Source: Octopus sinensis (lineage: Eukaryota). Taken from it: DNA of 64,000 nucleotides. The position numbers and the translations under genes are program-made. Shown here one piece after another: positions 13,254-26,450 of this stretch. The stretch lies in NCBI RefSeq assembly GCF_006345805.1, contig NC_042997.1:30132001-30196000 (forward strand), in the 5' to 3' direction. The notes beneath the pieces are model-generated. The model did not search any database. It was not told the DNA's origin and worked only from the letters and a program-made list of their open reading frames with translations. Each line of letters opens with the position of its first letter. The first letter of the stretch is position 1.

Positions 13254-13807
13254 GAGTGAGAGAGCAGTTCATGCCATCAAAGTGACACTGGGGTAAAATA
13301 TACGAAGCCCAATATACCCATCATGACTACCCGTCTGATAAAGGTACACCAGGCACATGCATCACAACCATATGTGCGCGACATGGTGATCTCATATCAA
13401 GATAAACAGCACATGACCTTGCAGGTGGAGCCCAGTTAGAATTTTCTTCAGGTTGAGTAGCCCATCCCGCTCAAACGGTCCCTGAATAAGGGTTGTTTAA
13501 GGATGTTGAAAGAACCACCCATGTTTCCAGAGGTGAATTATTCAAACCCCAAAGAATCCCTCTCAACACACGGCTATGATGCTCCCCGACTATTCTGCTC
13601 ATGATCAGAGATGCACATATAATCAGCCGCTAAGGGACATGCTCAACTGGTTACGGTCAAACAACTGACAAGCAAATCTGTGGTATTGAGCAGAATATTT
13701 GCTGTAGCCATCTTTTATACCAAGACAAAACAATGTACATGATAACACTTCCAATCAGTTAAGATCAGAAGCCATGAGGCCTCTGCCTGGTACTGCATCA
13801 GGGCATA
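13254..13807. mobile_element. Family D element, copy 3 (full length)
   Basis: Same termini as copy 1, with (ATT)n on both sides. Confidence 0.9.
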
Positions 13808-14050
13808 TTTATTATTATTATTATTATATTATTATTATTATTATATTAATTATTATTATTATTGTTATTATTATTATTATTATATTATTATTACTACTAC
13901 TACTACTACTACTACTATTATTATTATTATGATTATTATCATTATTATTATTATTACTACTACTACTACACTACTACTACTACTATTATTATATTATATT
14001 ATTACTACTACTACTACTACTATTATTATTATTACTACTAGTACTACTAC

Positions 14051-14084
<34 letters not shown>

Positions 14085-14117
14085 GTTCTTCTTATTATTT
14101 TTTACTACTAGTACTAC

Positions 14118-14148
<31 letters not shown>

Positions 14149-14286
14149 GTTATTATTATTCTACTACTACTACTACTATTATTATTATTATATTATTATT
14201 ATTATTATCATATTATTAGTAGTAGTTTACTACTACACTACTACTATTCATTATTATCTACTTACTACTACTACATTATTTTTTAT

Positions 14287-14324
<38 letters not shown>

Positions 14325-14616
14325 ACTACTATACGACTATTATTATTACTACTACTATACTATTATTATTATTATATATTATTATTGTTCTTCTTCTTAT
14401 TATTATTATTACTACTAGTACTACTATTATTATTATTATTATTATTATTGTCTTCTTCTTATTAATTATTAACACTAGTACTACTTTATTATTATTATTA
14501 TCATTATTATTATTATTATTATTATCATTATTATTATTTTATTATTATTATATTACTATTATTATTATTACTATTACTATTATTATTATACTATTATATT
14601 ATTTTTATTTTTATTA

Positions 14617-14651
<35 letters not shown>

Positions 14652-14703
14652 TATTACTTTGTTTTCTTCTTTCAAATTTGCTCCATTTCGCCGAGTTATT
14701 ATA

Positions 14704-14734
<31 letters not shown>

Positions 14735-14740
14735 TATTAC
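13808..14740. repeat. Long degenerate (ATT/ACT)n array
   Basis: Direct reading. It explains the poly-I/L/Y ORFs. Confidence 0.95.
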
Positions 14741-15692
14741 AGGGGATTGGTTTTTATTTCTTTCGGGTGAGTGTTGGGAATGGTTTCATGCAGCCACGTT
14801 GTGCTTTTTTTCTATTAGAACAAATATCAGAAGGGTTTTATCAAGAAGATTCCCAATTATGACTCATTCACACTATCTGAAAAGGAAAGTTCTGTTTTTT
14901 AAACAACCAATCTATTATATGTTTTATTTTGAAAGTATATTGTGCTGGCTCCGTATTCCAGCATTCGTGCGATAAATTTAAATCTTTAAAATGATTTTCC
15001 ATTGCCACCAAAGATATATTTTCAAATGTTTCGGTATTCCTGGCGTGAGAACAATAAACTGCTGACTAAGAAGACATATTGCATGACCGATGACTCACAT
15101 TTTTTATAATACTTCATTATAAGAGTCTAAAAATATATTAAAATAGATTAAAATCAGGAATTCGGTAAGTGATAATAAATTATGTCAGAAAAGGAAAATC
15201 AATCAAATTTAAAATATAAAAGAGTAGTAAAGTTTATATGCTGCAAGGAGTATAAAATATGTTTCGTTGTACTGTCCCTTTGCCTGACATCAATAAAAAG
15301 AGAAGAAAATTTAATTTCAGAGAAAGTGAGATAGGATAAGCAGGAGAGGTTATGTGAGTAGAAGAGAAGGGAAGGAAACGATGTGAAGACAAGATGAATG
15401 TCAGGCTACTGGACAGGAAAGTACAAAGATACAGTGCTAAAGCAACCAGAAAAAGTGGTACAATGAAGGATTCGGATATTATGCAGAGTGGTACGTTTTG
15501 GGATGGGGTAAACACACTACATATGCAGTGTAAACACACTATATGTAAACACACTACATCACTCCAACTTGATTTTATGAAACTATCTTAGAGCATTAAT
15601 GGCCGTCCAAGTGACTTGAGGAAAATAATAATAAACGTAACAGTACAGAGTATATAATTATATTATTACTCTAAAGAGAACAAAGGAGTATA

Positions 15693-15737
<45 letters not shown>

Positions 15738-15742
<5 letters not shown>

Positions 15743-16129
15743 TAATCAAATAAAAACATGATGCCAAGGATTCAGCGGTACATATGTTTCGGGCCTTTAT
15801 TAGACGGATTTATAACAATGCATAATGTGTGTCTGTGACCTTCTTCAGCCGCGCACAACTACTTCCACAAGGACATGTATTACATCAAAAATTCATGATT
15901 GGGGATGCGAATCCTCTCAGCTGTTGCCGCATTATGTCGTACACGAATGAGAGGATTTGCATCCCCAACCATGAATTTTTGATGTAATACATGTACTTGT
16001 GGAAGTAGTTGCGCGCGGCTGAAGAAGGCCACAGACACACATTATGCATTGTTATAAATCCGTCTAATAAAGGCCCGAAACATATGTACCGCTGAATCCT
16101 TGGCATCATGTTTTTATTTGATAAATTTA
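15738..16129. repeat. Long inverted repeat: 182-bp arms, 28-bp spacer, 6 mismatches
   Basis: 15738-15919 is the reverse complement of 15948-16129. Confidence 0.95.
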
Positions 16130-16194
16130 CTCCACCACCTACACCACCAACGGTATATACAGGTCTTACAATTATCAAGTACTCACCCCGAATT

Positions 16195-16225
<31 letters not shown>

Positions 16226-16284
16226 TATATATATATAACAATGATAAATCTCAGAGCGAGTTAAAACAGTAGCAGCAACACATC

Positions 16285-16467
16285 GTGACGTATATTTGCC
16301 ATTTGAATATGGCTAACCCTAAGGGTGGATGCTACTGTAGTTTGTAGCCCCAGGAGGAGACCTCCTCTAGCTGGCTATAGACACACTTCTGTGCCCTATC
16401 AGTATTTGCGAATACTGATAGGGCACAGAACGTGTGTCTATAGCCATATTCAAATGGCAAATATACG

Positions 16468-16471
<4 letters not shown>
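16285..16471. repeat. Nested inverted repeats (31-bp outer pair; 35/36-bp inner palindrome)
   Basis: 16285-16315 pairs with 16441-16471, and 16372-16406 pairs with 16411-16446. Confidence 0.9.
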
Positions 16472-16526
<55 letters not shown>

Positions 16527-16577
16527 CACAACATATACATAATCCCGACAACAATATATTTTCTCTTCGTTACCTCT

Positions 16578-16619
<42 letters not shown>

Positions 16620-16733
16620 ATATATATATATTCCTCATCATCACTTTTTATCGAAGAGCGTTGGCTGGAAACGTCAAAATATGCATATATACATACGTAT
16701 ATGTGCATACTTAGATCTATACGTATAAATATA

Positions 16734-17168
16734 CATATGTGGGCACAGGACATCACGAAACGTGTATAACAAACAAGTACGAAGCACAAGTACATAGAAC
16801 ATGAACTATTGTTTCGAACAACGAAAGACACAAATGGAAAACAAGACAAACAACATAAGAACATTGTTGGCTGTTTTCTAGTCTCGTATTTCGAGCATTT
16901 AACAACAGTATACGCTTTCGATAAAACAGTTGCTCCTGCAAAGCAAATTAATAAAATTTTATTTTGGTTCACGAGAGCAACTGCCTTCAAAGTCTGATAT
17001 TGACGTTCACTGCTCGAAATAAGGAGTAGGAAGACAGACTACAACTGATGAAGTGTAATTCTTTATGTTACATGTCTTGTTTTTCATTTATTTCTCTCGT
17101 TGTTACGTACCCAACTTTATTTTCTATTCATGTTGTTTACGTTTTGTGACGTTCTGTACCCATATATG
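16734..17168. repeat. Imperfect ~435-bp foldback of an interspersed repeat (Penelope-like relic suspected)
   Basis: Inverted blocks at 16734-16762/17140-17168 and 16887-16897/17011-17021. A further homolog lies at about 575-790 (+). Confidence 0.7.
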
Positions 17169-17280
17169 CATATCTATATACATATATATGTATGTTAATA
17201 TATATATATATATATAATATATTATATATATAATTTATATTATTATTTGATTCAACGCCACGCATCCATTTCCAAGTAAG

Positions 17281-17361
<81 letters not shown>

Positions 17362-17767
17362 TCAAACTAACAGTTGGATTTGATGTATCTATAAGCGATA
17401 GAGTAGTGCTACGAATGGGATTTAATTTCAAGTGAAATCTACTTGCCGATTTAGTACCTTCGCTCGCTATGGGTCGGTCAATCCACCTTCAGCGCTTAGA
17501 CTTATGCTATGTTTGTGGCTATAGAGGGTCTTTGACTCTTGTTTCTTGCAATGTAGGTGCTACAATGGACCCTCAGTCACTATTAATGACAACTGAATTT
17601 TTCCTGCGTCTAGCCATATTTATTTTACATATAATACTCGCGTGCACACGCACACACATACACACATATATATATGTAATGTATATATATATATATATGA
17701 TACACATCCGTACACACGTGCGTGTGTACACATATATATTAGTAATTATATATATTTCTTTATAAAA

Positions 17768-17801
<34 letters not shown>

Positions 17802-17811
17802 ATATTATATA

Positions 17812-18041
17812 TTCTTTATTGCCCACAAGGGGTTATACATAGAGGGGACAAACAAGGACATACAAAAGGATTAAGTCGATTACATCGACTCCAGTGCGAA
17901 ACTGGTACTTTATTTATCCTCCCCGAAAGGATGAAAGGCAAAGTCGACCTCGGCGGAATTTGAATTCAGAACGTAACGACAGACGAAATACCGCTAAGCA
18001 TTTCGTCTGGCGCGCTAACGTTTCTGCCAACTCGCCGCCTT
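17812..18041 (-). mobile_element. tRNA-derived SINE, family A (full length)
   Basis: Head AAGGCGGCGAGTTGGCAG, B-box-like GAATTCAAATTCC, tail ...TGTGGGCAATAAAGAA. Confidence 0.92.
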
Positions 18042-21000
18042 ATATTAGTAATTATATATGTGCATATGTTTATATACATATATGTGGACAATATGATATA
18101 TATATATATGTATGTAAATATAAGTGTATGTTCATATATTGAATCTAGCTTTCTCTGTCCCCTCCATCCTCTCTTTCTTTATACGTGACGTGTCTGTGTG
18201 TATGTGTGAGTTTGTTTTGTATGAGTGTATGTACGAATTTGAAAATGTATATCTATATGAATGAAAATACATTTTGGTAATGTGAACGCATGAATGTATG
18301 CGTGATATTGTGTTTATCTGTGAAGCAGTGTACTTAAAAAATAACGTATAATTAACATTGAGCCAACCTACTTCATGGTCAAATGAACAAAATAGAAATA
18401 GTTTAATCCGCAAATCCTAAATAGAATCTGAAGGGAGTATTGTGTGAACAAAATACAGTTTTAACTCAATTAGCAGCTGCTTTCTTTCGTTCCACACAGG
18501 TTTGCCGTCCTTGTATTACAAAGATGTCGGAAGGTAAAGAGAAGGATAAAGGGGGTGGGTATAGAGCAAGCCTCTAAACCATACTGGATTAAATTGTTAG
18601 AAGTTTATGTTATAAGGTTACTCACATATGTTTGTATTTATCTGAATAATCCATATTCTGGCACACTGGATTTACAATTAACAATTTCAAAGGAAGTAAC
18701 TTATCCCTTTGTTTCTTTTAATTAATTCATCGAAGGACACAGAACAGTTGTTATTATTGTTATTGTTATTGTTGGTGGTATATAACCGTGTAGAATATTT
18801 GGGTAATACTTGAAGATTTACCAGTTAGATCTATCAGGCAGAGGAGCCATACAACGGCTTCTTTGTTAATGCTGTGGTTGTTCTGTTTGAATAGTAGCAC
18901 CTCGTCACTTGTACAAACTGTATGCAGAGAATAGAATCCCCTTGGGCTGCCTTTTTAAATTAAAAAAAGGGGGCTCGTTGTTCGTGATTATGTAACCGTT
19001 TAGGTCAGTTGAGTAAAACTTGAAGATTTGGTAGTCAAATTTATCAGGCGGCTATTTCTTAACGCAGTAGTTGTCCTGTTTGAATGTTAATATCTTGTCA
19101 TTTGTAGTACAAACGATATACCGAGAATTTATTCTATCGGAATGCTTTATTTGAATATAGAAATGGGTTCATGCTTAGTGCGTATTCGAATGTGAACTGG
19201 CGGTGCTCCAGCATGGCCTCAGTCATTGGACTGAAACATATAAAAGAATAAAAGAATAAAAGAATACTAAAACTGAAGAGAACAAGAGCAACAGGTGTTT
19301 CTTATAGGCCAGAGTAGAGGTTGTGTGCAACTTATTTGTTCAGAGAGTTTTGGATTCATTGTAGTTTTAATAGAAGAGGAGTTTGAGAAAACAATCTGAC
19401 ATTGAGTCAGTCGCTTTAATGTATTGCCCATTGTATCTTTAACAATCAGGTAGCAAATGTGATGCTTAAAACTTTGTCTTGAAGGACCATTCAGGCTATT
19501 TGAAGAATAAATTAGGTGGCACTTGAGGTTTGATAAAGTTTTTCAAGTAATCAAAGCGGACTCATTTTCCTTTCTGAAAACGAAAACTAATCTTAGGAAT
19601 GTAATCCGAGAGAGGTTACATATGCGATGTGTCATGACAAATAAAGAGAAATTGTGTGACTTCAAATTTGCAGTTAATTTGAGACTTTAGTTGTATCACT
19701 TTTGCGTAGGAGCGATGTAATATAAGGCTGTTTTCTAGTGAATAAAGCGACTCTAGCCTCTTCGAGCACTTCAGACATAGTCGCTTTTCATAGAGGCAGT
19801 ATCGAACTGGCGTCAGATATTTAAAAATGGAAAGATACATGCTATGGGCTAGTGTGGAGGGGATCATAGTACACTCCACCTTGTGACTTACTTTAATGGG
19901 TATTTTCATGTAGCGCTGGGTCTGAAAAGTCAGAAAATTGATGTTGCCAGCAAAAAAAACTCGGAAGGAAGATACCCCACCTCATGGACATTTTGACCAC
20001 GCCCACTTACAATTGGAGGCAGAAAATAAAAGGTACGGAAAATCCAAACAGCTCTAACTTTGCAACTCAAATGACCACTTAAAATGATTACCTGGTCAAG
20101 ATCTACAAGTTTATGCAAACGGTAAGCAAATTTATTCTGTAAACAGTTCACCAGAGGTCAAAAGGTCACGTACTTTGTACTTTACCTATAATATCTTGCA
20201 TTCATGGGTTTTAGTTCTCACCAAGACCATATATCGGTTTTCTTTTTTTATTGAAAATTAATCAAAACGAAGGTTTACAAGTGCTTTTTATAAAGTTGTC
20301 CCAAAAGTTCGTAGAAAGTCTTGTAAAATAATGGTCTTTATTTTGAGGAATAATTTTTGTTGTTTTTGTTAGTACTTGGCGAGTAAAAATTCAATTTTCG
20401 CAAGTGTTTACGAACTTTTGGGACAACCTAATAATACCAGAAATAAAACAAAAATTGAAAAGAAGTAGTGTTTACCCCGTGGAATGACAGATATTTCAGC
20501 AAATTTACATACTGTTTTGTACGTATTACTGAATGTGTCGAATAGAAGTAAGGCAAAAATCTAGTAAGTGGTACTTTGGAATCTTCCTTTGAATCATTGC
20601 AAATAACCACAAAAGATGATATTTGAGTTGATCTCTAAAATGAAGCATCAAATTATGCAAATGTTTTCATCAAAGTGGTTGTTGCAGTCAAAATTAAGCA
20701 AAAGTTGGCCTTACCTACACCATAGCAGTTTGTTATACATGGTCAATATTAAATTTTAATATTGAAACAAATGTCGGTTTTTTTATACTTTCTATCTTTC
20801 AAGTTTAAACAAGATCCATTTCAAGTGTTGCGGCAATAATTACTTCCTTCCTGGTAGGTATATACACAAAATTAAAACAATGGATGTACGAGTTTGCTTT
20901 AAAGCTGAGTTAGAAATCTCAGCTGAGCACTCTTCGGGTCAATGAAATTTGAATTAACACATTTCCAGTAAGTATTTATCCTAATTCTTACCTGGTTGTA

Positions 21001-21227
21001 TTTTATTTTGGCACAAAGCCTAGAATTTTGGGGGAGGGGGCTAGTCGATTACATTGACCACAATACGCAAATGGTACTTATTTTATCGACCCCGAAAAGA
21101 TGAAAAGCAAAGTCGTTTCTGGCGGCATTTGAACACAGATGGAAAAAATGCTTAGACGCATTTTCCCCGGCGTACTAAAGATTCTACCAGCTCGGTGCCT
21201 TAATAATAATAATGGTGATAATACTAG

Positions 21228-21398
21228 GCTAAGGCAGAGAGCGAAGGCTTTATCTTAGCTGCTCAAGATCAGATCTTATTGACCCGGAACTACAAATGAA
21301 GTAGAGCCAAAGTGCCGTATTGCAACGATGAGATTGAAACAGTGGACCGCCTAATCTCTAGTTGTAAGGTCTCTGTACCAGTAGAGTATAAATAATGA
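21228..21398 (+). pseudogene. R4/Dong-like (RLE) LINE fragment, zinc-knuckle region
   Basis: Frames give KAESEGFILAAQDQILLTRNYK and YCNDEIETVDRLISSCKVSVPVEYK, resembling ETEGFIxAAQDQ...CRxC...ETxxHxxSGC. The fragment is preceded by (TAA)n. Confidence 0.65.
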
Positions 21399-21951
21399 CA
21401 AGACATCATCCCACTTGTTCATCATCCGGAGTGGGATGATGAAGGAGGGGGTGTAAAAAAAGCGTTTACAGAACTTTTTTCATACAAAGATACCCCTCCA
21501 CACACACACACACACACATATAAAGATATCCCACAGATACCCATTTCGAAGGCTGTAGTTAAAAAAAATTTAGGAAAATCCCTGAAAAAACTTTCCATGC
21601 AAATTTCTTTATAATCGTAATCTATGCCGTTTGAAAGAGATTTGTATGAATTTTCATTAAAACATACCCATCTTCCTGAACGTTATGAGGGGAAAAAAAG
21701 CCAGATTGTGTGAATTTTCCAAAACTCCTCTCTCCACCCCCTCGGAAAATTTCTTTCTCATAAATCCCTACATATTCTGAAGCAACAAAATCTAAGCAGT
21801 ATTTATAGAAAATTTTGTCAAAAAGTATCCATTTTCCTGGATGTCATGAGGCAACAAATTCGGGGACGAAAACATCTGTAGTAATGCCCTTTTATTTATA
21901 CTATTTTTTTCATTCATGCTTATTTTCTTCCTTGTTTGGAATGTTCTTTCC

Positions 21952-22020
<69 letters not shown>

Positions 22021-22344
22021 AGACACACACTGCAAAGATTACAGAAGGGCTGCTGAACTGAAATCTCTATGTTGCTTTAAGGGGAAGGTAAAATTCGACA
22101 AACTACTTCTCCCTCTGTTGTTGGGCTACCGTGATATTTGTTTAAAAAACAGAGATTATAACTGTGATAAAATAATGAAAGCAATACTTACCAAGCAAGT
22201 GAGCTTATACAAAGAAATAATTTGACGTAAAATATAAAAACTATTAGAATTGGGAAACAAATGTGAAAATATTATCAAGGGATAAATAGAAAAACGACCG
22301 GAGGGCGGTCTTTCTCCAAGTTATGATAATAATTATTATCATTA

Positions 22345-22695
22345 TCCTTTCTACTCTAGGCACAAGGCCTGGAGTTATAGGAGAGGGTTAAATCGATTAG
22401 TTCGACCCCAATACTCAACTGGTACTTAATTTCTCGACCCCGAAAGAATGAAAGGCAGAGTCGATCTCATCGGAGCTTGAACCAAGAACGTGAAAGCAGT
22501 CGAAATACCTATTTCTTTACTACCCACAAGGTGCAAAACACAGAGCGGACAAACAAGGACAGACAAACGGATTAAGTCGATTATATCGACCCCAGTACGT
22601 AACTGGTACTTATTTAGTCGAGCCCGAAAGGATGAAAGGCAAAGTCGACCTCGGCGGAATTTGAACTCAAACGTAGTGGCAGAGGAAATACCGCT
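22345..22695 (-). mobile_element. Nested family-A SINE dimer (young copy 22510-22695 joined to an older body)
   Basis: Junction GAAATACC|TATTTC at 22502-22515; followed by (GAA)n at 22696-22759. Confidence 0.85.
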
Positions 22696-23945
22696 AGAAG
22701 AAGAAGAAGAAGAAGAAGAAGAAGAAGAAGAAGAAGAAGAAGAAGAAGAAGAAGAAGAATTGTTTCTCATGCCGGCACAAGCCTGAAAACTGTGGCGAAG
22801 GACTAGTCCGTTTTATCGACGCTAGTATGTAAGTGAGACTTTACTTTATCTACCAGGAAAGGTTGAAAAGGTTGAAAAGATGACCTCGGTAGGATTTCAT
22901 CTTAGAATATAAATAGCCAATGGAATTTTACAAGACATTTTCCAGACTCTCTGGTTGGCGATTCTGCTGGATCGCCACCTTATATATCTAATAATACCAT
23001 TAATGTTGATTTCTTTTTCGCTACAAGATTGTCGGATAGGAAAGTTATAAGGAATTAAGAGAAATTAATGAAATAAGAACATAATAATAAGTGGAGTCAA
23101 CCAATATTAACTAATGTGGAATATATTGTATGTGTGTCCTTAAAATGGAACACCAGTTTAATGTCTAGTCAACATTCAAACCGCATTCTTCCTGAAACTA
23201 CGAATGTAACCTTGAATATATCTATAATCGAGATATCAATGTCAGCATTTTCTCTTTTTGGGCGGGAGGAAGAGACTAATGGATTAAAATCATTTACAAA
23301 ATAAGAAATAAATGTTAAAAGAAGTATATAGAAATCAAATATTAATTAATACGACACGTTTCAGGGGGTTCCAAATATAATTTCTTAGAATGAATAAAAT
23401 ATGTCGCAGCACTCTGCTGGTGCGCAACCATTAGTGAAATCTAATAACGAAACGCCAAATGATACATGAATATAGCGTCGTTCTGAAAGGAAATATCAAT
23501 GTATAGATATTCCCAAAAGATATAAGACCAGCCAATTTATATTAACCACACGCAATGCACTAAAAGTACAACATTATACAAGTCAGTAAGGCAATTATAA
23601 GGATCGTAAAGAAAATAATTCCCAAGCTGTAAATAATTTAAAATTTCATCACGATTAAAACTTGTCGAAAACTTTAAAGATCATCTCCCTGTATTTGAAA
23701 TTAAATGTAAATCAGCAGTAAATGTTGAAACTCATCATGGTTAAAGCAAAAGTTCCATTCGTTTCAATCGTGTAAACGCAATATATAGTAAATTAGCAGG
23801 AAGTATGTACATTCTAAGGCGAAATGTTTGGTGTTACGTAAAGACAGAACTTCTTTTGAATATCAGACATGTTAAACATAGTTTAAGCCTAAAACATCTT
23901 AACGAATAAAATTAAGCGGATTATCAATGTAAAGTTATTCATATA

Positions 23946-24167
23946 TATTTCTTTACTACCCACAAGGGGCTAAACACAGAGGGGACAGACAAAGGGATTA
24001 AGTCGATTACATCGACCCTAGTGCGTAACTGGTACTTAATTTATCGACCCCGAAAGGATGAAAGCAAAGTCGACCTCGGCGGAATTTGAACTCGGAACGC
24101 AACGACAGACGAAATACGGCTACGAATTTCGCCCGGCGTGCTAACGTTTCTACCAGCTCGCCGCCTT
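23946..24167 (-). mobile_element. SINE family A (full length)
   Basis: Complete head to tail; TTATTCATATA on both flanks. Confidence 0.92.
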
Positions 24168-24245
24168 AAATTATTCATATAACTGAAGTTATTCATATAA
24201 CTGAATCGTTCGAATGAACCCAATCTAGTAATTCTGTTGCAAATA

Positions 24246-24411
24246 AGGAGTGGCTGTGTGGTAAGTAGCTTGCTAACCAACCACAAGGTTCCGGGTTCAG
24301 TCCCACTGCGTGGTATCTTGGGCAAGTGTCTTCTGCTATAGCCCCGGGATGACCAATGCCTTGTGAGTGGATTTGGTAGACGGAAACTGAAAGAAGCCTG
24401 TCGTATATATG

Positions 24412-24448
<37 letters not shown>

Positions 24449-24680
24449 ATGTATTTGCGTGTCTGTGTTTGTCCACCTAGCATTGCTTGACAACCGATGC
24501 TGGTGTGTTTACGTCCCCGTCACTTAGCGGTTCGGCAAAAGAGACCGATAGAATAAGTACTGGGCTTACAAAGAATAAGTCCCGGGGTCGATTTGCTCGA
24601 CTAAAGGCGGTGCCCCAGCATGGCCGCAGTCAAATGACTGAAACAAGTAAAAGAGTAAAAGAGTAAAAGAGTAAAAGAGT
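24246..24680 (+). mobile_element. SINE family B (full length)
   Basis: AGGAGTGGCTGTGTGGT head, internal (TA)/(TG)n, tail GGCGGTGCCCCAGCATGGCC...(GTAAAAGA)n. Confidence 0.92.
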
Positions 24681-24899
24681 AAACCACCAAACAGTGATAC
24701 ACACTGAAATTGCAGCTTCAATGTTAAAAGCAACGTAGATTCAGACAGCAGAAGGTTACTGCTACTGTAGTACATACCCTTCTATGGTAGACGATAAGTC
24801 ATTTAATATTTGAACACTAACGGAACAAATAGATAAATAATAGAATGTGTTAACACACAACTAGTGATCTCGGATGATATGTTGCAACAGGAAGAAAAT

Positions 24900-25279
24900 A
24901 TTGGTTTCAAATTTTGGTACAAGGCCGGCAAGTTCGAGGTCGATTACATCGATCCTAGGTTTGACTAATACTCATTTTATTGAGCCCGAAAGAATGAAAT
25001 TCGACTTTTGTAGAATTTGTACTCAGAACGTAAAGATGAACGAAATACCTATTTCTTTACTACCCACAAGGGGCTAAACACAGAGAGGACAAACAAGGAC
25101 AGACAAACGGATTAAGTCGATTATATCGACCCCAGTGCGTAATTGGTACTTATTTAATCGACCCCGAAAGGATGAAAGACAAAGTCGACCTCGGCGGAAT
25201 TTGAACTCAGAACGTAGCAGCAGACGAAATACTGCTAAGCATTTCGCCCGGCGTGCTAACGATTCTGCCAGCTCGCCGT
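24900..25279 (-). mobile_element. Nested family-A SINE dimer (young copy 25050-25279 joined to an older body)
   Basis: Junction GAAATACC|TATTTC at 25042-25055. Confidence 0.85.
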
Positions 25280-26386
25280 CTTTGCAACAGGAACAAAACA
25301 TTGACCTGCAAAAATATATTATTCGTAACAAATATAAAGAAAGAGATTTCCTAACTGTAACTGGCTGTAGCAAATAAAATAGCAGGAAATTAGTGGAATG
25401 ATGCCCATCCAACGAACATAAAAGTAATATACGAGATTCTAAATCTCATGATGTACGTATCAGTAGTTACATTGCTAACTGCTGGCAATGAACTGAGACA
25501 ACACAACCAACATACAAATCCTTAGCCTTGAGTGGGCTCATGAGTTCAAAATTAAAATCGCATTACTACGAACTGGTATTTCACAGATTCTCGTAAATAT
25601 GAAATATATAGCAGACATACTGCAAGCTCCATGAACAATGTTTCTTCCCAGAAGAGCTGATTTATGAGGTACAAACTGAAAAAGTTGTTGCTGTTTGTAA
25701 CTTCATACACAAAGAAACGATTGTAAATACTATTAAATATACTACATCGTAGATACACAAATGTTTATTTTTCATATAGTTGTATACATCAACATACAGA
25801 TGCATATGCGTATGCACACATACACACACACATATGTATGTATGTATATATATATATATATATATACATACATAATTTGTTATTCTCTTAAAACACACAT
25901 AATAAAACGTCTCTAGACATTAGCTAATTCACCAGAGATAAATTATGTGACGCACACATGTTAACTCACCATTCTGTAGTGAGATGTTGGGCATTGAACG
26001 AAAGGAAAGAATCGTTATGTTTTTATGATACGGTATTTAGAACATTTTTAGGTGTAGCCTTGGGAATGATTTAAATCTTCATCATGGTGCAGTATAAATA
26101 TCGGGGTCGAAAAGCAGGGTGAAATTATTTGTCTAACTTAATGTACATGTTTTATAAAATATAGATCTTTTAAATCTTGCATCGAATCTTACGTCTCCAT
26201 TAAGAATTTTTAAATATCATTTACATTTAATATCTTAATACTTATAATTCCAGTCTATGCAAACACGGCTTACATTGTCTGCTTGCAGGGTACGAGTATA
26301 CCTAACAGCATTTGTGTGTGTGTGTGCATACAAATCATATATCATATATATACATTTATATATATATACATATATGTATATATATG

Positions 26387-26450
<64 letters not shown>

